Program-made: the position numbers and the translations under genes
Shown here: piece after piece, positions 41,505-53,691 of the stretch
Layout: each line of letters begins with the position of its first letter
Numbering within the stretch: the stretch's first letter is position 1
DNA from: Gammaproteobacteria bacterium
GTDB taxonomy: Bacteria > Pseudomonadota > Gammaproteobacteria > Natronospirales > REEB76
DNA: 64,000 nt
NCBI GenBank assembly: GCA_028870845.1
Contig: JAGWOR010000002.1
Location: forward strand, 51,624 to 115,623
Reading direction: 5' to 3'
The notes under the pieces: model-generated
What the model saw: the letters and a program-made list of their open reading frames with translations, nothing else
Told to the model about the DNA's origin: nothing
Databases searched by the model: none

Positions 41505-42206
41505 ATGAGTAAACCATTGAACGTAACCACCGACCAACTCGCCGGAATAATCAAATCGCGCTTCGGCGGCCATCTGAAGCGTGTGCCATCCGGCGCGGGG
41601 CAGCTGGCCTACGAGGTCGGCGCTTCTGATTTACGCAGCATATGCGCGGCCTTAAGGGATGAAGGCCCGTTCCGCTTCGAGCAGCTTATGGATGTGTGTG
41701 GCGTGGACTATCTGGGTTATGGCGCTTCCGAATGGCGCACCCGCGGTGCCACAGACACCGGGTTTAGCCGTGGTGTAAACCGGCAGGCTCCGCGCCCAGC
41801 CGATGAATCCGGCCGCTTTGCCGTTGTTTATCAGTTGCTGTCCATCCATCACAACCAGCGCCTGCGGCTGCGGGTATTTTGCAGCGCTGAGCCACCGATG
41901 GTTGATTCGGTTACCGACATCTGGAACTCAGCGAACTGGTTTGAGCGTGAGGCCTTTGACCTGTTTGGCATCCTGTTCAAGGGCCATCCAGACCTGCGCC
42001 GGATCCTCACGGACTACGGGTTTATGGGCAATCCTTTTCGCAAGGATTTTCCGACCTCCGGCAACGTGGAGGTTCGCTACGACCCGGATAAAAAACGCGT
42101 GATTTACCAGCCGGTGAGCATTGTTCCCAGGGTGCTGGTGCCGCGCGTAATTCGCGAGGATCCCAGATATCCGGAAGATCAAGACGGGACATCCGGTCAT
42201 GCCTGA
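41505..42206 (+). CDS. nuoC: NADH-quinone oxidoreductase subunit C
   Basis: [37 protein letters not shown]. Confidence 0.96.
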   Translation: MSKPLNVTTDQLAGIIKSRFGGHLKRVPSGAGQLAYEVGASDLRSICAALRDEGPFRFEQLMDVCGVDYLGYGASEWRTRGATDTGFSRGVNRQAPRPADESGRFAVVYQLLSIHHNQRLRLRVFCSAEPPMVDSVTDIWNSANWFEREAFDLFGILFKGHPDLRRILTDYGFMGNPFRKDFPTSGNVEVRYDPDKKRVIYQPVSIVPRVLVPRVIREDPRYPEDQDGTSGHA

Positions 42207-43452
42207 GATTCAGAATTTCACCATGAACTTCGGTCCGCAGCATCCGGCAGCCCATGGCGTGCTGCGGCTGGTGCTGGAAATGGATGGCGAGATCATCACC
42301 AAAGTGGATGCGCACATTGGATTGCTCCACCGCGCCACCGAGAAACTTGCGGAGAGCAAGCCCTTTAACCAAAGCATCGGTTACATGGACAGGCTCGATT
42401 ACGTATCCGTCATGTGCAATGAGCATGCCTATGTAATGGCTATTGAAAAGCTGCTAGGCGTCAATCCGCCGATACGCGCCCAATACATCCGGGTTCTGTA
42501 TGACGAATTGACCCGCATCACCAACCATTTGCTATGGCTCGGTGCGCATGGACTGGATATCGGCGCCATGACGGTGTTCCTGTACTGCTTCCGCGAGCGC
42601 GAAGACATTATGGATATGTATGAGGCGGTCTCCGGCGCGCGTATGCATTCAACCTACTACCGGCCTGGCGGTGTGTACCGGGATTTGCCTGCGCAAATGC
42701 CCCAGTACCAGAAATCCCGTTTTCGCAGCAAAGCCGACTTGAAACGCCTGAACCAGGCACGCCAGGGATCCTTGCTGGATTTCATCGAGGATTTCACCAA
42801 GCGGTTCCCCGCATGCATCGATGAATATGAAACCCTGCTGACCGATAACCGTATCTGGAAACAGAGGACCGTCGGCATCGGCGTGGTTTCGCCGGAACGT
42901 GCGTTGCAGCTGGGGTTTTCCGGGCCGATGTTGCGCGGATCCGGCATCGAATGGGATCTGCGCAAGAAGCAGCCTTATGCTGTATATGACCGTATGGATT
43001 TCGACATTCCCGTGGGCATCAACGGCGACTGCTACGACCGGTATCTGGTGCGTATTGAGGAAATGCGGCAATCCAACAAGATCATCCGGCAGTGTGTTGA
43101 CTGGCTGCGCGCCAACCCGGGACCGGTTTGGCTGGAGGATCACAAAGTCACGCCGCCGCACCGCACGCAGATGAAAAACGACATGGAATCGCTGATACAT
43201 CACTTCAAGTACATGACTGAGGGCTACTGCGTACCCGCAGGCGAGGTATATGCAGCCATTGAACATCCAAAGGGAGAGTTTGGGATCTACATGATTTCAG
43301 ACGGCGCCAATAAGCCCTTCCGCGTGAAAATCCGTGCTGCCGGCTTCGCACATCTGTCGTCCCTGGATGAAATGGTTCGAGGCCATATGCTGGCTGATTT
43401 GGTGGCGATTATCGGTACCCAGGATATCGTCTTTGGCGAGGTGGATCGCTGA
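42199..43452 (+). CDS. nuoD: NADH-quinone oxidoreductase subunit D
   Basis: [29 protein letters not shown]. Confidence 0.98.
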   Translation: MPEIQNFTMNFGPQHPAAHGVLRLVLEMDGEIITKVDAHIGLLHRATEKLAESKPFNQSIGYMDRLDYVSVMCNEHAYVMAIEKLLGVNPPIRAQYIRVLYDELTRITNHLLWLGAHGLDIGAMTVFLYCFREREDIMDMYEAVSGARMHSTYYRPGGVYRDLPAQMPQYQKSRFRSKADLKRLNQARQGSLLDFIEDFTKRFPACIDEYETLLTDNRIWKQRTVGIGVVSPERALQLGFSGPMLRGSGIEWDLRKKQPYAVYDRMDFDIPVGINGDCYDRYLVRIEEMRQSNKIIRQCVDWLRANPGPVWLEDHKVTPPHRTQMKNDMESLIHHFKYMTEGYCVPAGEVYAAIEHPKGEFGIYMISDGANKPFRVKIRAAGFAHLSSLDEMVRGHMLADLVAIIGTQDIVFGEVDR

Positions 43453-43949
43453 TGGCCACGACACCGGTTTCAACCCTGTCCAAGCATGTCCGCCAGGTGA
43501 TTGACGAGGCGCTTAAGAAATACCCGGAGGGCCGGCAGCGCTCCGCGGTTTTCGACGCCTTGCGCGAAGTGCAGCATGAAAACCACGGCTATCTCACTGT
43601 AGAGCTGATGGATGCTGTCGCTGCCTATCTGAAGCTCGAGCCCATCAAGATATACGAGGTGGCAAGTTTCTATTCAATGTTCGAGACCAAGCCGGTCGGC
43701 CGTCACAGCATTTCGGTCTGCACCAATATTTCCTGCATGCTGCGCGGCGCCGATGAAATTCTCGCCCATATCGAAAAGAAACTGGGAATCAAGTTGGGTG
43801 AAAGCACTCCAGACGGACGAATTTACCTGAAACGCGAAGAAGAATGCCTGGCCGCCTGTGCCGGAGCCCCGATGATGATGGTCGATCATAAATATTATGA
43901 AAATCTGACGCCGGATGGCATCGACCGAATCCTGGAGGACCTCAAGTGA
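43452..43949 (+). CDS. nuoE: NADH-quinone oxidoreductase subunit E
   Basis: [27 protein letters not shown]. Confidence 0.97.
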   Translation: MATTPVSTLSKHVRQVIDEALKKYPEGRQRSAVFDALREVQHENHGYLTVELMDAVAAYLKLEPIKIYEVASFYSMFETKPVGRHSISVCTNISCMLRGADEILAHIEKKLGIKLGESTPDGRIYLKREEECLAACAGAPMMMVDHKYYENLTPDGIDRILEDLK

Positions 43950-45250
43950 GTCTGCAACTTGACCAGGTTTGCCACCGGACCTACGGCTTTGACAGGCCGT
44001 GGACGCTGGAGAACTACCTCAAGGTCGATGGTTACAAAGCCTGGAAAAAGATTCTCAAGGATCAGGTGGCTCCCGATCAGGTGATTGAGGAGGTAAAAGC
44101 CTCCGGTCTACGGGGCCGCGGCGGTGCCGGCTTCCCTACCGGCGTCAAGTGGGGTTTCATGCCCAAGACGCCCAATGGGCCTTCCTATGTGGTGTGTAAT
44201 TCCGACGAATCCGAGCCAGGAACCTGCAAGGACCGCGACATTCTCCGATATAACCCGCATGCGCTGGTGGAAGGCATGGCCATTGCCTGTTATGCCATGC
44301 GCTGCAACACCGGCTACAACTACCTGCGCGGCGAATTCATGGATGAGCCTTACCGGCGCTTTGAGCGGGCGCTCAAGGAGGCCTATGAAGCGGGGCTGCT
44401 GGGTAAAAACATCCTGGGTTCGGGCGTGGATATCGACCTGCATACCCACCTGGGTGCCGGAGCCTACATCTGCGGCGAGGAGACCGCGTTGCTGGATTCC
44501 CTGGAGGGCAAGAAAGGCTGGCCGCGTTTTAAACCGCCATTCCCGGCCAGTTACGGCGCCTTTGGCCGTCCCACCACGGTGAATAACACAGAAACGCTGG
44601 CATCCGTCCCGAGCATCATGCTGAAGGGCGCCAAGTGGTTCGCCGGATTTGGTAAAGCCAACAACTCGGGTACCAAGATATTTTCTGTCACCGGTCACGT
44701 GGCCAAACCGGGCAATTTTGAAACTCCCATGAGCACATCATTCAAGGATCTGCTGGCAATGGCCGGCGGTGTCTGGCAGGGACGCAAACTCAAGGCTGTG
44801 ATACCAGGCGGCGTCTCGGCTCCGGTATTGCCAGCAGACCTGATTCTGGATTGTGAAATGGACTTCGATTCCCTGCGCAATGCCGGCTCGATGCTGGGCT
44901 CAGGTGCGGTGGTGGTGATGGATGAAACCACATGCATGGTCAGGGTATTGGAGCGTATTTCACGATTTTTTTACGCCGAGTCCTGCGGGCAATGCACTCC
45001 TTGCCGCGAAGGCACCGGCTGGATGCACCGGGTGATATCACGCATAGAGCACGGCCAGGGGCGCCAGCAAGATCTGGACATGCTGGTCGGCATCTCGAAA
45101 AACATCGAGGGTCACACCATTTGTGCTTTCGGCGATGCGGCTGCCTGGCCGGTGCAGAGCTTTATCAAACATTATCGCAGCGAATTTCAGTATCACATCG
45201 ATCACGGCTGCTGCCTGGTTGGGCCGGGCGCCCACAAGCGGGCTGCCTGA
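43946..45250 (+). CDS. nuoF: NADH-quinone oxidoreductase subunit F
   Basis: [38 protein letters not shown]. Confidence 0.98.
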   Translation: MSLQLDQVCHRTYGFDRPWTLENYLKVDGYKAWKKILKDQVAPDQVIEEVKASGLRGRGGAGFPTGVKWGFMPKTPNGPSYVVCNSDESEPGTCKDRDILRYNPHALVEGMAIACYAMRCNTGYNYLRGEFMDEPYRRFERALKEAYEAGLLGKNILGSGVDIDLHTHLGAGAYICGEETALLDSLEGKKGWPRFKPPFPASYGAFGRPTTVNNTETLASVPSIMLKGAKWFAGFGKANNSGTKIFSVTGHVAKPGNFETPMSTSFKDLLAMAGGVWQGRKLKAVIPGGVSAPVLPADLILDCEMDFDSLRNAGSMLGSGAVVVMDETTCMVRVLERISRFFYAESCGQCTPCREGTGWMHRVISRIEHGQGRQQDLDMLVGISKNIEGHTICAFGDAAAWPVQSFIKHYRSEFQYHIDHGCCLVGPGAHKRAA

Positions 45251-45270
45251 ATCAGAACGGCATACATGCA

Positions 45271-47634
45271 ATGAGTGAACAAGTCATCAACATAGAAATC
45301 GACGGTCAGCCCATCAAGGCGCGCAAGGGCGAGATGATCATGCAGGCCGCGGATCGCGAAGGCATATACATACCGCGCTTCTGCTATCACGACAAGCTGT
45401 CGGTAGCGGCAAATTGCCGTATGTGCCTGATCGAGGCGGAAAAGTCCCCGAAGCCGCTGCCTGCCTGCGCCACGCCGGTGACCGAAGGCATGAAAATTTA
45501 CACGCGTTCGGTAAAAGCCCTGGCGGCGCAGCGTGCCAGCATGGAATTTCTGCTGATCAATCACCCCCTGGATTGTCCGATTTGTGATCAGGGGGGTGAG
45601 TGCGAACTGCAGGATCTGGCCATGGGTTATGGGCGGGACATCGCCCGGTTTGCCGAGAAGAAACGTGTCATCAAGGATGAAAATATCGGCCCGCTGATAT
45701 CGACTTTCATGACGCGCTGCATCTATTGCACGCGCTGTGTGCGTTTCGGCCAGGAAATCGCCGGAATCCAGGAATTGGGTGATACCGGACGTGGAGAGCG
45801 TTCGCGCATCGGCACTTATATCGGCCGTAGCGTTGACCATGAGCTATCCGGCAATGTCATCGATCTTTGTCCGGTGGGCGCGCTCAATTCGAAACCGTTC
45901 AAAATGCATGGGCGCGGGTGGGAGATGACCCAGACCGAAAGCATCTCGCCGCACGATTGCATCGGTTCTAATCTCTACGGCCATGTGTTGCGCGGCGAAC
46001 TCATGCGGGTCGTGCCAAAAGCCAACCAGGACGTCAACGAAAACTGGATATCCGACCGTGACCGTTTCAGCTATACAGGCATTGCCAGCAATGAGCGGCT
46101 TCTAAATCCAATGATCAAAAAGGATGGCGCCTGGCTTACGGCGGATTGGGAGACGGCACTGACAGCCGCCGCTGGGGCACTGCGCGAGGCACATGGAGAT
46201 GCCGGCGTACTGGCATCACCAAGCTCAACGGTTGAAGAACTATATCTTCTGCAGAAACTCGCCCGCAGCCTCGGCATCCACAGCATCGACACACGTCTGC
46301 GCCAGGCGGATTTCCGTGATGATGAATTTGAACCCGTGTATCCGTGGTTGGGCGTATCGCTGGCTGAAATTGAGGCGCAGGACTCTGTTTTGGTGATCGG
46401 TTCCAACGCCCGCAAGGAGGTGCCATTGCTGGCGCACCGCCTGCGCAAAGCGGCGCTTAGGGGCGCCGCGGTCATGTTCCTGAACCCGCGCCATTATGAA
46501 TTTCTGCATCCGGTCGCCGCCGAGATTACGGCTGCATCAGGCGATCTGCCGGATACCCTGGCGGCGATCCTGAAGGCGGCTCTGGGAAGGAAATCCGCGC
46601 CCACTCACTTGAAAGATGTGCTGAAATCGCAGGAAGTGGATGACCAGCATCGCAAGGTTGCCGAACATCTGCTCAAGGGCGAACGCAAGTCGATTCTACT
46701 GGGCCATTTGGCCCAGCAGCATCCACGCTATGCCGATTTGCGCTCACTGGCTGCAGCCCTGGCGGATATCACCGGCGCACGCCTCGGCTATGTTCCGCAG
46801 GGAGCGAATACCCCGGGCGCCTGGCTGGCTGGCGCCGTGCCGCATCGGCTTCCCGGTGGCCGGAAAGCACCGCTCAAAGGTCTTGATGCCAACGGCATGT
46901 TCGCCGAAGCACGCAGAAAATACCTGCTGATGGGAATAGAACCTGAATTCGACTGCTGGAATAGCTCCGCGGCCATGCACGCGCTCCATGATGCCGAGGC
47001 CGTGGTCATGATTACGCCATTCGTGAGCGAACGCATGAAGCAATATGCAACGGTATTGTTGCCGGGCGCAACTTTCGCCGAGACTTCCGGCAGCTATGTG
47101 AATGCAGAAGGCCGCTGGCAAAGCTTCTCCGGCATGACCCAGCCCCTGGGCGAATCCCGCCCCGGCTGGAAGATATTGAGAGTGCTGGGCAACTTCTGTG
47201 GTGCGGCGGGTTTCGATTACAGCTCCTCTGAGGAGGTGCTGAAAGAAGTCAAAGCGGCAACCGAGGGCGTTAACCCGGATACAGTTTTTAAAGGCTCGCG
47301 CATCGTCACTGCCGGCGAAAAGCCAAAGGGTTACCAGCGAATCGCCGAAGTACCTCTCTATTCCACAGATATGCTGGTACGACGGGCCGCGCCGTTGCAG
47401 CAAACCAGGGACGCTGACAACCGCTGGCTCCGGCTGTCTCCTGCGGACGCTAAAAAGCTCGGGGTAGCGGAAGGCGAGCAGCTATCCGCCGATGACGGTC
47501 TGGCAAGCGTCGAATTGCCGGTTTTGGTGGACGCCAGCGTGGCGCCCGGGGATGTATTTCTGGCAGCCGGCATTCCGGAGACTGCCGCGTTTGGCGCATT
47601 CCATATGCAATTGCAGCTGGCAAAACCTGAATGA
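45271..47634 (+). CDS. nuoG: NADH-quinone oxidoreductase subunit G
   Basis: [37 protein letters not shown]; start MSEQ at 45271. Confidence 0.97.
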   Translation: MSEQVINIEIDGQPIKARKGEMIMQAADREGIYIPRFCYHDKLSVAANCRMCLIEAEKSPKPLPACATPVTEGMKIYTRSVKALAAQRASMEFLLINHPLDCPICDQGGECELQDLAMGYGRDIARFAEKKRVIKDENIGPLISTFMTRCIYCTRCVRFGQEIAGIQELGDTGRGERSRIGTYIGRSVDHELSGNVIDLCPVGALNSKPFKMHGRGWEMTQTESISPHDCIGSNLYGHVLRGELMRVVPKANQDVNENWISDRDRFSYTGIASNERLLNPMIKKDGAWLTADWETALTAAAGALREAHGDAGVLASPSSTVEELYLLQKLARSLGIHSIDTRLRQADFRDDEFEPVYPWLGVSLAEIEAQDSVLVIGSNARKEVPLLAHRLRKAALRGAAVMFLNPRHYEFLHPVAAEITAASGDLPDTLAAILKAALGRKSAPTHLKDVLKSQEVDDQHRKVAEHLLKGERKSILLGHLAQQHPRYADLRSLAAALADITGARLGYVPQGANTPGAWLAGAVPHRLPGGRKAPLKGLDANGMFAEARRKYLLMGIEPEFDCWNSSAAMHALHDAEAVVMITPFVSERMKQYATVLLPGATFAETSGSYVNAEGRWQSFSGMTQPLGESRPGWKILRVLGNFCGAAGFDYSSSEEVLKEVKAATEGVNPDTVFKGSRIVTAGEKPKGYQRIAEVPLYSTDMLVRRAAPLQQTRDADNRWLRLSPADAKKLGVAEGEQLSADDGLASVELPVLVDASVAPGDVFLAAGIPETAAFGAFHMQLQLAKPE

Positions 47635-48707
47635 GCTCCGTGTTACACAACCTGGTGATGTTCTGGCAAGCGCTACCGGCGGGCTGGCAGCTGACCTTGC
47701 GTTCGCTGGCTGGAATAGTAGCCATCATGTTGCCGTTGATCCTGGCGGTCGCATATTTGACCCTCGCCGAGCGGCGCATCATCGGCTTCATGCAGGTGCG
47801 CATCGGACCCAATCGTGTCGGTCCCTGGGGTTTGTTCCAGCCGTTCGCTGATGTACTCAAGCTGATGCTGAAGGAAGTGATACTGCCCACCAATGCCAAC
47901 CGCTTTTTATTTCTTACCGCGCCGATCATATCCATCGCTACGGCTTTTGCCGCCTGGGCGGTCGTGCCATTCAGCAAGGGCGTGATTCTTTCGGACGCCA
48001 ACGCCGGGTTGTTGTACATACTGGCGCTATCTTCATTCGGCGTATACGGTGTAATTCTTTCCGGCTGGGCTTCCAATTCAAAATACGCGTTCCTGGGAGC
48101 CATGCGCTCCGCGGCGCAAATGGTTTCCTACGAGATCGCCATGGGTTTTGCCCTGGTTGGAGTGTTGCTGGCCAGCCAGAGTCTCAACATCAATCAGATC
48201 GTATTGAGCCAGGGCGGCAATATAGGCCACTGGTACATCTGGCCGCTGCTGCCTCTATTTGTCATCTACCTGGTATCCGGTGTGGCGGAAACCAACCGTG
48301 CGCCTTTCGATGTGGCAGAAGGCGAATCCGAAATCGTGGCAGGTTTCCATGTGGAATACTCCGGTACCGCTTTCGCGGCGTTCTTCCTGGCCGAATATGC
48401 CAATATGATTCTGATATCCGCGTTGGCCACAACGCTGTTTTGCGGTGGATGGTTTTCGCCCCTGCAGGGCTGGGCCTGGCTTGCGGGCACGCCCCTGGGA
48501 TTCCTGACACACACCAGCTTTATCTGGTTTGCGATCAAAACCTGCTTTTTCCTGTATTGCTTCCTCTGGTTCCGGGCCACTTTCCCGCGCTACCGCTACG
48601 ACCAGATCATGCGCCTCGGCTGGAAGGTGTTTATACCGATTACCGTCGTATGGCTGATGCTGGAAGGCCTGGCGATCGTCATCAAACTACCTCCGTGGTT
48701 TGCCTGA
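47631..48707 (+). CDS. nuoH: NADH-quinone oxidoreductase subunit H
   Basis: [33 protein letters not shown]. Confidence 0.98.
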   Translation: MSSVLHNLVMFWQALPAGWQLTLRSLAGIVAIMLPLILAVAYLTLAERRIIGFMQVRIGPNRVGPWGLFQPFADVLKLMLKEVILPTNANRFLFLTAPIISIATAFAAWAVVPFSKGVILSDANAGLLYILALSSFGVYGVILSGWASNSKYAFLGAMRSAAQMVSYEIAMGFALVGVLLASQSLNINQIVLSQGGNIGHWYIWPLLPLFVIYLVSGVAETNRAPFDVAEGESEIVAGFHVEYSGTAFAAFFLAEYANMILISALATTLFCGGWFSPLQGWAWLAGTPLGFLTHTSFIWFAIKTCFFLYCFLWFRATFPRYRYDQIMRLGWKVFIPITVVWLMLEGLAIVIKLPPWFA

Positions 48708-48714
48708 GGCGCGT

Positions 48715-49203
48715 ATGGATGCTATTCGCAGTTGGATCAAAAGCCTGTTGCTGGTGGAGCTGTTCCAAGGCATGGCGCTCACCGGCAAGCAGCTGTTTGC
48801 ACACAAATTCACCATCTTCTATCCGGAAGAGAAGACCCCCAAGTCGCCACGCTACCGCGGACTGCATGCCCAGCGGCGCTACCCCAATGGCGAGGAGCGC
48901 TGCATCGCCTGCAAGCTGTGCGAAGCGGTATGCCCGGCCCAGGCCATTACCATCGATTCGGAGCAGCGAGAAGACGGTACGCGCCGTACGACCCGCTATG
49001 ACATCGACCTCTTCAAATGCATTTACTGCGGCTTCTGCGAGGAAGCCTGCCCGGTGGACGCCATCGTCGAGACCAACATTACGGATTTCCATTTCGAGAA
49101 ACGCGGTGAACAGATCATGACCAAGGAGAAACTCCTGGCGATTGGTGAAAAATACGAGGCGCAGATCGCCGCTGACCGTGCGGCGGACGCGCCCTACCGC
49201 TGA
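48715..49203 (+). CDS. nuoI: NADH-quinone oxidoreductase subunit I
   Basis: [12 protein letters not shown] and [12 protein letters not shown]. Confidence 0.98.
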   Translation: MDAIRSWIKSLLLVELFQGMALTGKQLFAHKFTIFYPEEKTPKSPRYRGLHAQRRYPNGEERCIACKLCEAVCPAQAITIDSEQREDGTRRTTRYDIDLFKCIYCGFCEEACPVDAIVETNITDFHFEKRGEQIMTKEKLLAIGEKYEAQIAADRAADAPYR

Positions 49204-49210
49204 GGCTCGC

Positions 49211-49819
49211 ATGGCAGCAACTATCGTCTTTATCGTGCTTGCGGCTGTGCTGATCGGTGCTGCCCTGGGCGTGATTACCTCACGAAACCCGGTGCATTCG
49301 GCGCTGTTTCTGGTGCTGGCGTTTGTTACCAGCGCCGGTCTGTGGTTGCTGCTGGAAGCGGAGTTTCTCGCCCTGATACTGGTACTGGTGTACGTGGGCG
49401 CGGTGATGGTGCTGTTCCTGTTTGTGGTGATGATGCTGGATATCAACACCGCCACCTTGCGCCAGGGGTTCGTACGTTACGCGCCGCTTGGCGTGGTGGT
49501 TGCAGTCATCGTACTGCTGGAGATCGGCTACGTGGTCTGGACCCAGAAGCTGGGGGTCACCTTCGGCACGCCCGTGCCGCATGCAGCCACTTTTAGCAAC
49601 ACCCGTGAATTGGGAAACCTGATTTACACCACGTATGTTTATCCGTTTGAGATTGCGGCCGTAATCCTGCTGGTTGGCATCGTGGCCGCCATCAGTCTGA
49701 CGCTCAGGCGTCGTGCCGGCACTCGTACCCAGGATCCGGCCAAGCAGGTGCGCGTCAGTGCCAAGCGTGGCCGTATCCGCATCGTCAAGATGCCGACTCA
49801 GGGAGGGCAGGCAGAATGA
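49211..49819 (+). CDS. nuoJ: NADH-quinone oxidoreductase subunit J
   Basis: [30 protein letters not shown]. Confidence 0.97.
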   Translation: MAATIVFIVLAAVLIGAALGVITSRNPVHSALFLVLAFVTSAGLWLLLEAEFLALILVLVYVGAVMVLFLFVVMMLDINTATLRQGFVRYAPLGVVVAVIVLLEIGYVVWTQKLGVTFGTPVPHAATFSNTRELGNLIYTTYVYPFEIAAVILLVGIVAAISLTLRRRAGTRTQDPAKQVRVSAKRGRIRIVKMPTQGGQAE

Positions 49820-50121
49820 TTACGCTGTTCGATTTCCTGGCGCTTAGTGGCGCGCTATTCGCCATCAGCGTAGCCGGCATATTCCTGAACCGAAAAAACG
49901 TGATCCTGCTGCTGATGTGCATAGAGCTGATGCTGCTGGCCGCCAATTTCAATTTCATTGCGTTTTCAAGATACCTGAATGATCCGGCCGGGCAGATTTT
50001 CGTGTTTTTCATACTCACGGTAGCGGCGGCGGAATCCGCCATTGGCCTGGCGATACTGGTGGTGCTGTTTCGCAACCACCAGAGCATTAATGTTGAAGAC
50101 ATTGACAGCATGAAGGGCTGA
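49816..50121 (+). CDS. nuoK: NADH-quinone oxidoreductase subunit K
   Basis: [18 protein letters not shown]. Confidence 0.97.
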   Translation: MITLFDFLALSGALFAISVAGIFLNRKNVILLLMCIELMLLAANFNFIAFSRYLNDPAGQIFVFFILTVAAAESAIGLAILVVLFRNHQSINVEDIDSMKG

Positions 50122-50122
50122 C

Positions 50123-52141
50123 ATGACCCAATCGATGCCGGCTATTTTTCTGTTGATCGTGCTTGCGCCGCTGGCTGCGGCCGTCGTTTCCGGCATATTC
50201 ATGCGCTTCATACCCAGATCCGCGGCCCATTGGGTCACGATACTTGGTGTCGGACTTTCCTTCGCGTTGTCCGCTTATGTTTTGTGGCAGATGCTTTTTG
50301 CTGGCATGGGCAGCATGAATGTCACTGTGTATGACTGGGCAATGGTGGGTAATGTCCAGTTCCAGGTTGGATTTCTGGTGGACAGGCTCACGGCGTTGAT
50401 GATTACTGTAGTGAGTTTTGTCTCGCTCATGGTTCACATTTACACCATTGGCTACATGGCGGACGACCCGGGATACAAGAGATTCTTCAGTTATATATCG
50501 CTGTTTACCTTCTCCATGCTGATGCTGGTGATGGCAAATAATTTCCTGCAGCTGTTCTTTGGCTGGGAGGCGGTTGGACTGGTGTCCTACCTGCTGATCG
50601 GCTTCTGGTACACGCGGCCAACAGCCATCTACGCCAATCTCAAGGCTTTCCTGGTTAACCGAGTGGGGGACTTCGGCTTTCTCCTGGGTATCGCCCTGGT
50701 ATTGATGTATACCGGCAGCCTCAACTACGGCGATGTATTCAGCCATGCTCCGCAGCTGGCTGGCCAGACCATCCAGCTGTTTCCCGGGGTTGCCTGGGCG
50801 GTGCCCACCGTCATCTGCCTGCTGTTGTTCGTTGGCGCCATGGGCAAATCCGCGCAAGTGCCGCTGCATGTGTGGTTGCCGGACTCCATGGAAGGCCCTA
50901 CACCCATTTCAGCGCTGATCCACGCCGCCACCATGGTGACCGCCGGCATTTTCATGGTTGCGCGTATGTCGCCGCTGTTCGAGCTTTCCAACACCGCCCT
51001 CTCTGTGGTTATGGTGATCGGCGCCATTACCGCCATGTTTATGGGGTTGGTGGGCATCGTGCAGAACGACATCAAGCGTGTGATTGCCTATTCCACGCTC
51101 TCACAGTTGGGATACATGGCGACCGCCCTGGGTGCATCGGCGTATGCTGTCAGTATTTTTCACCTGATGACGCATGCCTTCTTCAAGGCCTTGCTGTTCC
51201 TGGGTGCAGGCTCGGTCATCATCGCCATGCACCATGAGCAGGACATGCGTCACATGGGCGGTTTGCGCAAGCACATGCCGATCACCTATGCCACGTTCAT
51301 CGTCGGTTCACTGGCGTTGATTGCGTTTCCCGGGTTTTCCGGATTTTTTTCCAAGGATACGATTATCGAAGCCGTGCATGAATCCCAGCGCGCAGGCAGC
51401 GGGTTTGCCTATTGGTGCGTACTGCTGGGTGCATTCGTAACAGCGTTGTATACCTTCCGCATGCTGTTCCTGACTTTCCACGGTAAACCTCGTTATGTGA
51501 TCGAACAAAATCACGGCCAGCCTGCGGATACAGGGCATGCACACATGCAGCCAGGCCACTTGCCGCATGCGCCCAAGGAATCGCCGTGGGTGGTGACTGC
51601 GCCGTTGATACTTCTGGCGATACCTTCGTTGATCATCGGCTGGCCGTTGATTGAACCGCTGTTGTACGGAAACTTCTTCGCTGGTTCCATCTATGTATCA
51701 CCTGCTCACCATGTCATGCAGAGCCTGGCCGCGCACTTCCATGGCAGCGGCAGCATGGTTTTGGAGAGTATCGCCTCGCCCACCCTATGGGTGGCGCTCT
51801 CTGGCGTACTGGTTGCATGGCTGTTCTACATATTCAGGCCGACATGGCCGGAAAAGACGGCAAAAGCCCTGAATCCGATTTACCAGCTGCTGCTGCATAA
51901 GTTCTACTTTGATGAACTGTATGCGTTATTGATAGCCGGCGGAGCCCGGGGACTGGGCATGCTGCTCTGGAGGTTCGGCGACGAAAAAATTATCGATGGC
52001 GGTCTGGTGAACGGCAGTGCCAACGCCGTTGGCCGGCTTGCACGTATTTTGCGCCGCAGCCAATCAGGCTACCTGTATCACTATGCATTTGCCATGATCA
52101 TCGGCCTGTGCCTGTTGCTGGGCTGGCTGATTTTGCGTTAA
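50123..52141 (+). CDS. nuoL: NADH-quinone oxidoreductase subunit L
   Basis: GWEAVGL.SY, GKSAQ.PLHVWLPDSMEGPTP.SALIHAATMV. Confidence 0.98.
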   Translation: MTQSMPAIFLLIVLAPLAAAVVSGIFMRFIPRSAAHWVTILGVGLSFALSAYVLWQMLFAGMGSMNVTVYDWAMVGNVQFQVGFLVDRLTALMITVVSFVSLMVHIYTIGYMADDPGYKRFFSYISLFTFSMLMLVMANNFLQLFFGWEAVGLVSYLLIGFWYTRPTAIYANLKAFLVNRVGDFGFLLGIALVLMYTGSLNYGDVFSHAPQLAGQTIQLFPGVAWAVPTVICLLLFVGAMGKSAQVPLHVWLPDSMEGPTPISALIHAATMVTAGIFMVARMSPLFELSNTALSVVMVIGAITAMFMGLVGIVQNDIKRVIAYSTLSQLGYMATALGASAYAVSIFHLMTHAFFKALLFLGAGSVIIAMHHEQDMRHMGGLRKHMPITYATFIVGSLALIAFPGFSGFFSKDTIIEAVHESQRAGSGFAYWCVLLGAFVTALYTFRMLFLTFHGKPRYVIEQNHGQPADTGHAHMQPGHLPHAPKESPWVVTAPLILLAIPSLIIGWPLIEPLLYGNFFAGSIYVSPAHHVMQSLAAHFHGSGSMVLESIASPTLWVALSGVLVAWLFYIFRPTWPEKTAKALNPIYQLLLHKFYFDELYALLIAGGARGLGMLLWRFGDEKIIDGGLVNGSANAVGRLARILRRSQSGYLYHYAFAMIIGLCLLLGWLILR

Positions 52142-52154
52142 TGGACACCTTGAA

Positions 52155-53669
52155 ATGACCACCGATTTTCCCATCCTGAGCATACTGTTGTGGCTCCCCA
52201 TCGCCGGCGCCCTGGTAGTGCTGGTAGCAGGCAAATTGGCGCCCATATCGGTACGCTGGCTGGCCTTGTTTTTCGCCACCGTGGTGTTCGCGCTGAGCGT
52301 GCCGCTGTGGACCGGCTTCAACCCCGGGACTGCCGGTATGCAATTCGTGGAAAACCTGCCATGGATCAGCACTTTCAACGTGCATTACCACCTGGGCGTG
52401 GACGGCATCTCCATGCCGCTGATTCTGCTGAACACCTTCATGACAGTGCTGGTGGTGATCGCAGGCTGGGAGGTCATCCAGTACAAAATCGCCCAGTACA
52501 TGGCGGCTTTCCTCATCATGGAAGGGTTGATCAACGGCGTATTCTCCTCGCTCGACAGCCTGCTTTTTTACGTACTTTGGGAAGCCATGCTCATCCCCAT
52601 GTTCCTGATTATCGGCATATGGGGCGGTCCGCGTCGCGTGTACGCCACCATCAAATTTTTCTTGTACACCTTTTTTGGTTCAGTGTTGATGCTGGTGGCG
52701 ATTATCTACATGTACGTCAAAACAGGCAGCTACGACATACTGGTTTTCCAGCACACGTCTTTTGGCATGACCGCGCAGTTGCTCATATTCCTGGCATTCC
52801 TGGTGGCATTCGCGGTCAAGGTGCCCATGTGGCCGGTGCATACCTGGTTGCCGGACGCGCATGTGGAAGCCCCTACCGGCGGTTCGGTGATCCTGGCCGC
52901 CATCCTGCTGAAGATGGGGGCTTATGGTTTTCTGCGTTTCAGCCTGCCGATCGCACCGGATGCCAGCCGCATGCTCATGTGGCTGATCATCGGCCTGTCG
53001 CTGGTGGCGATCATCTATATCGGTTTCGTCGCCATTGCCCAGACAGATATGAAAAAGCTGGTGGCCTATTCCTCCATCGCGCACATGGGCTTTGTAACCC
53101 TGGGCATCTTCATCGTGTTGCTGATTTTCCAGAAGACTGCCAGTACCGATGGCACGGTCATGGGTGTGGAGGGCGGTCTGGTTCAGATGATTTCCCATGG
53201 TTTTGTCTCCGGGGCCTTGTTCCTGTGCGTGGGAGTGCTCTATGACCGGCTGCACACGCGGGATATCAAGGCGTATGGCGGCGTCATCAACCTGATGCCG
53301 GCATTTGCGTTTTTCCTGGTGTTGTTCGCCATGGCAAACGTTGGCCTGCCAGGCACCTCGGGATTCGTGGGCGAATGGATGGTCATCCTCACCAGCATGA
53401 AAGCTGATTTCTGGATCGCATTCGGCGCGGCATTCACCCTGTTCCTGGGTGCCGCATATACCCTGTGGATGGTGAAACGCGTGCTTTACGGCCCGGTCGG
53501 AAACAGCAACGTGTCTGGCATGAAGGATATCGGAAAGCGTGAATTCATAGTTCTCGGCCTGTGTGCGATTCCCGTCATTGTGATCGGCGTATGGCCTGCG
53601 CCGTTGCTGAATGTCATGCATGCGACAGTATCCAACCTGGTGCACCAGGTGGTTCAGTCCAAATTGTAA
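52155..53669 (+). CDS. nuoM: NADH-quinone oxidoreductase subunit M
   Basis: WEAMLIPM, KVPMWPVHTWLPDAHVEAP, LPGTSGFVGE. Confidence 0.98.
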   Translation: MTTDFPILSILLWLPIAGALVVLVAGKLAPISVRWLALFFATVVFALSVPLWTGFNPGTAGMQFVENLPWISTFNVHYHLGVDGISMPLILLNTFMTVLVVIAGWEVIQYKIAQYMAAFLIMEGLINGVFSSLDSLLFYVLWEAMLIPMFLIIGIWGGPRRVYATIKFFLYTFFGSVLMLVAIIYMYVKTGSYDILVFQHTSFGMTAQLLIFLAFLVAFAVKVPMWPVHTWLPDAHVEAPTGGSVILAAILLKMGAYGFLRFSLPIAPDASRMLMWLIIGLSLVAIIYIGFVAIAQTDMKKLVAYSSIAHMGFVTLGIFIVLLIFQKTASTDGTVMGVEGGLVQMISHGFVSGALFLCVGVLYDRLHTRDIKAYGGVINLMPAFAFFLVLFAMANVGLPGTSGFVGEWMVILTSMKADFWIAFGAAFTLFLGAAYTLWMVKRVLYGPVGNSNVSGMKDIGKREFIVLGLCAIPVIVIGVWPAPLLNVMHATVSNLVHQVVQSKL

Positions 53670-53691
53670 AAGTGATCTTGAGGAATTATCG

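Noticed and set aside
41715-41815. Insertion in NuoC (YGASEW...GFSRGV)
   Set aside because: A loop I recall from other gammaproteobacterial split NuoC proteins; no intein or mobile-element hallmarks
44932-45270. 113-aa N-terminal extension of NuoG in the ORF track
   Set aside because: Overlaps nuoF out of frame; NuoG similarity starts at ATG 45271
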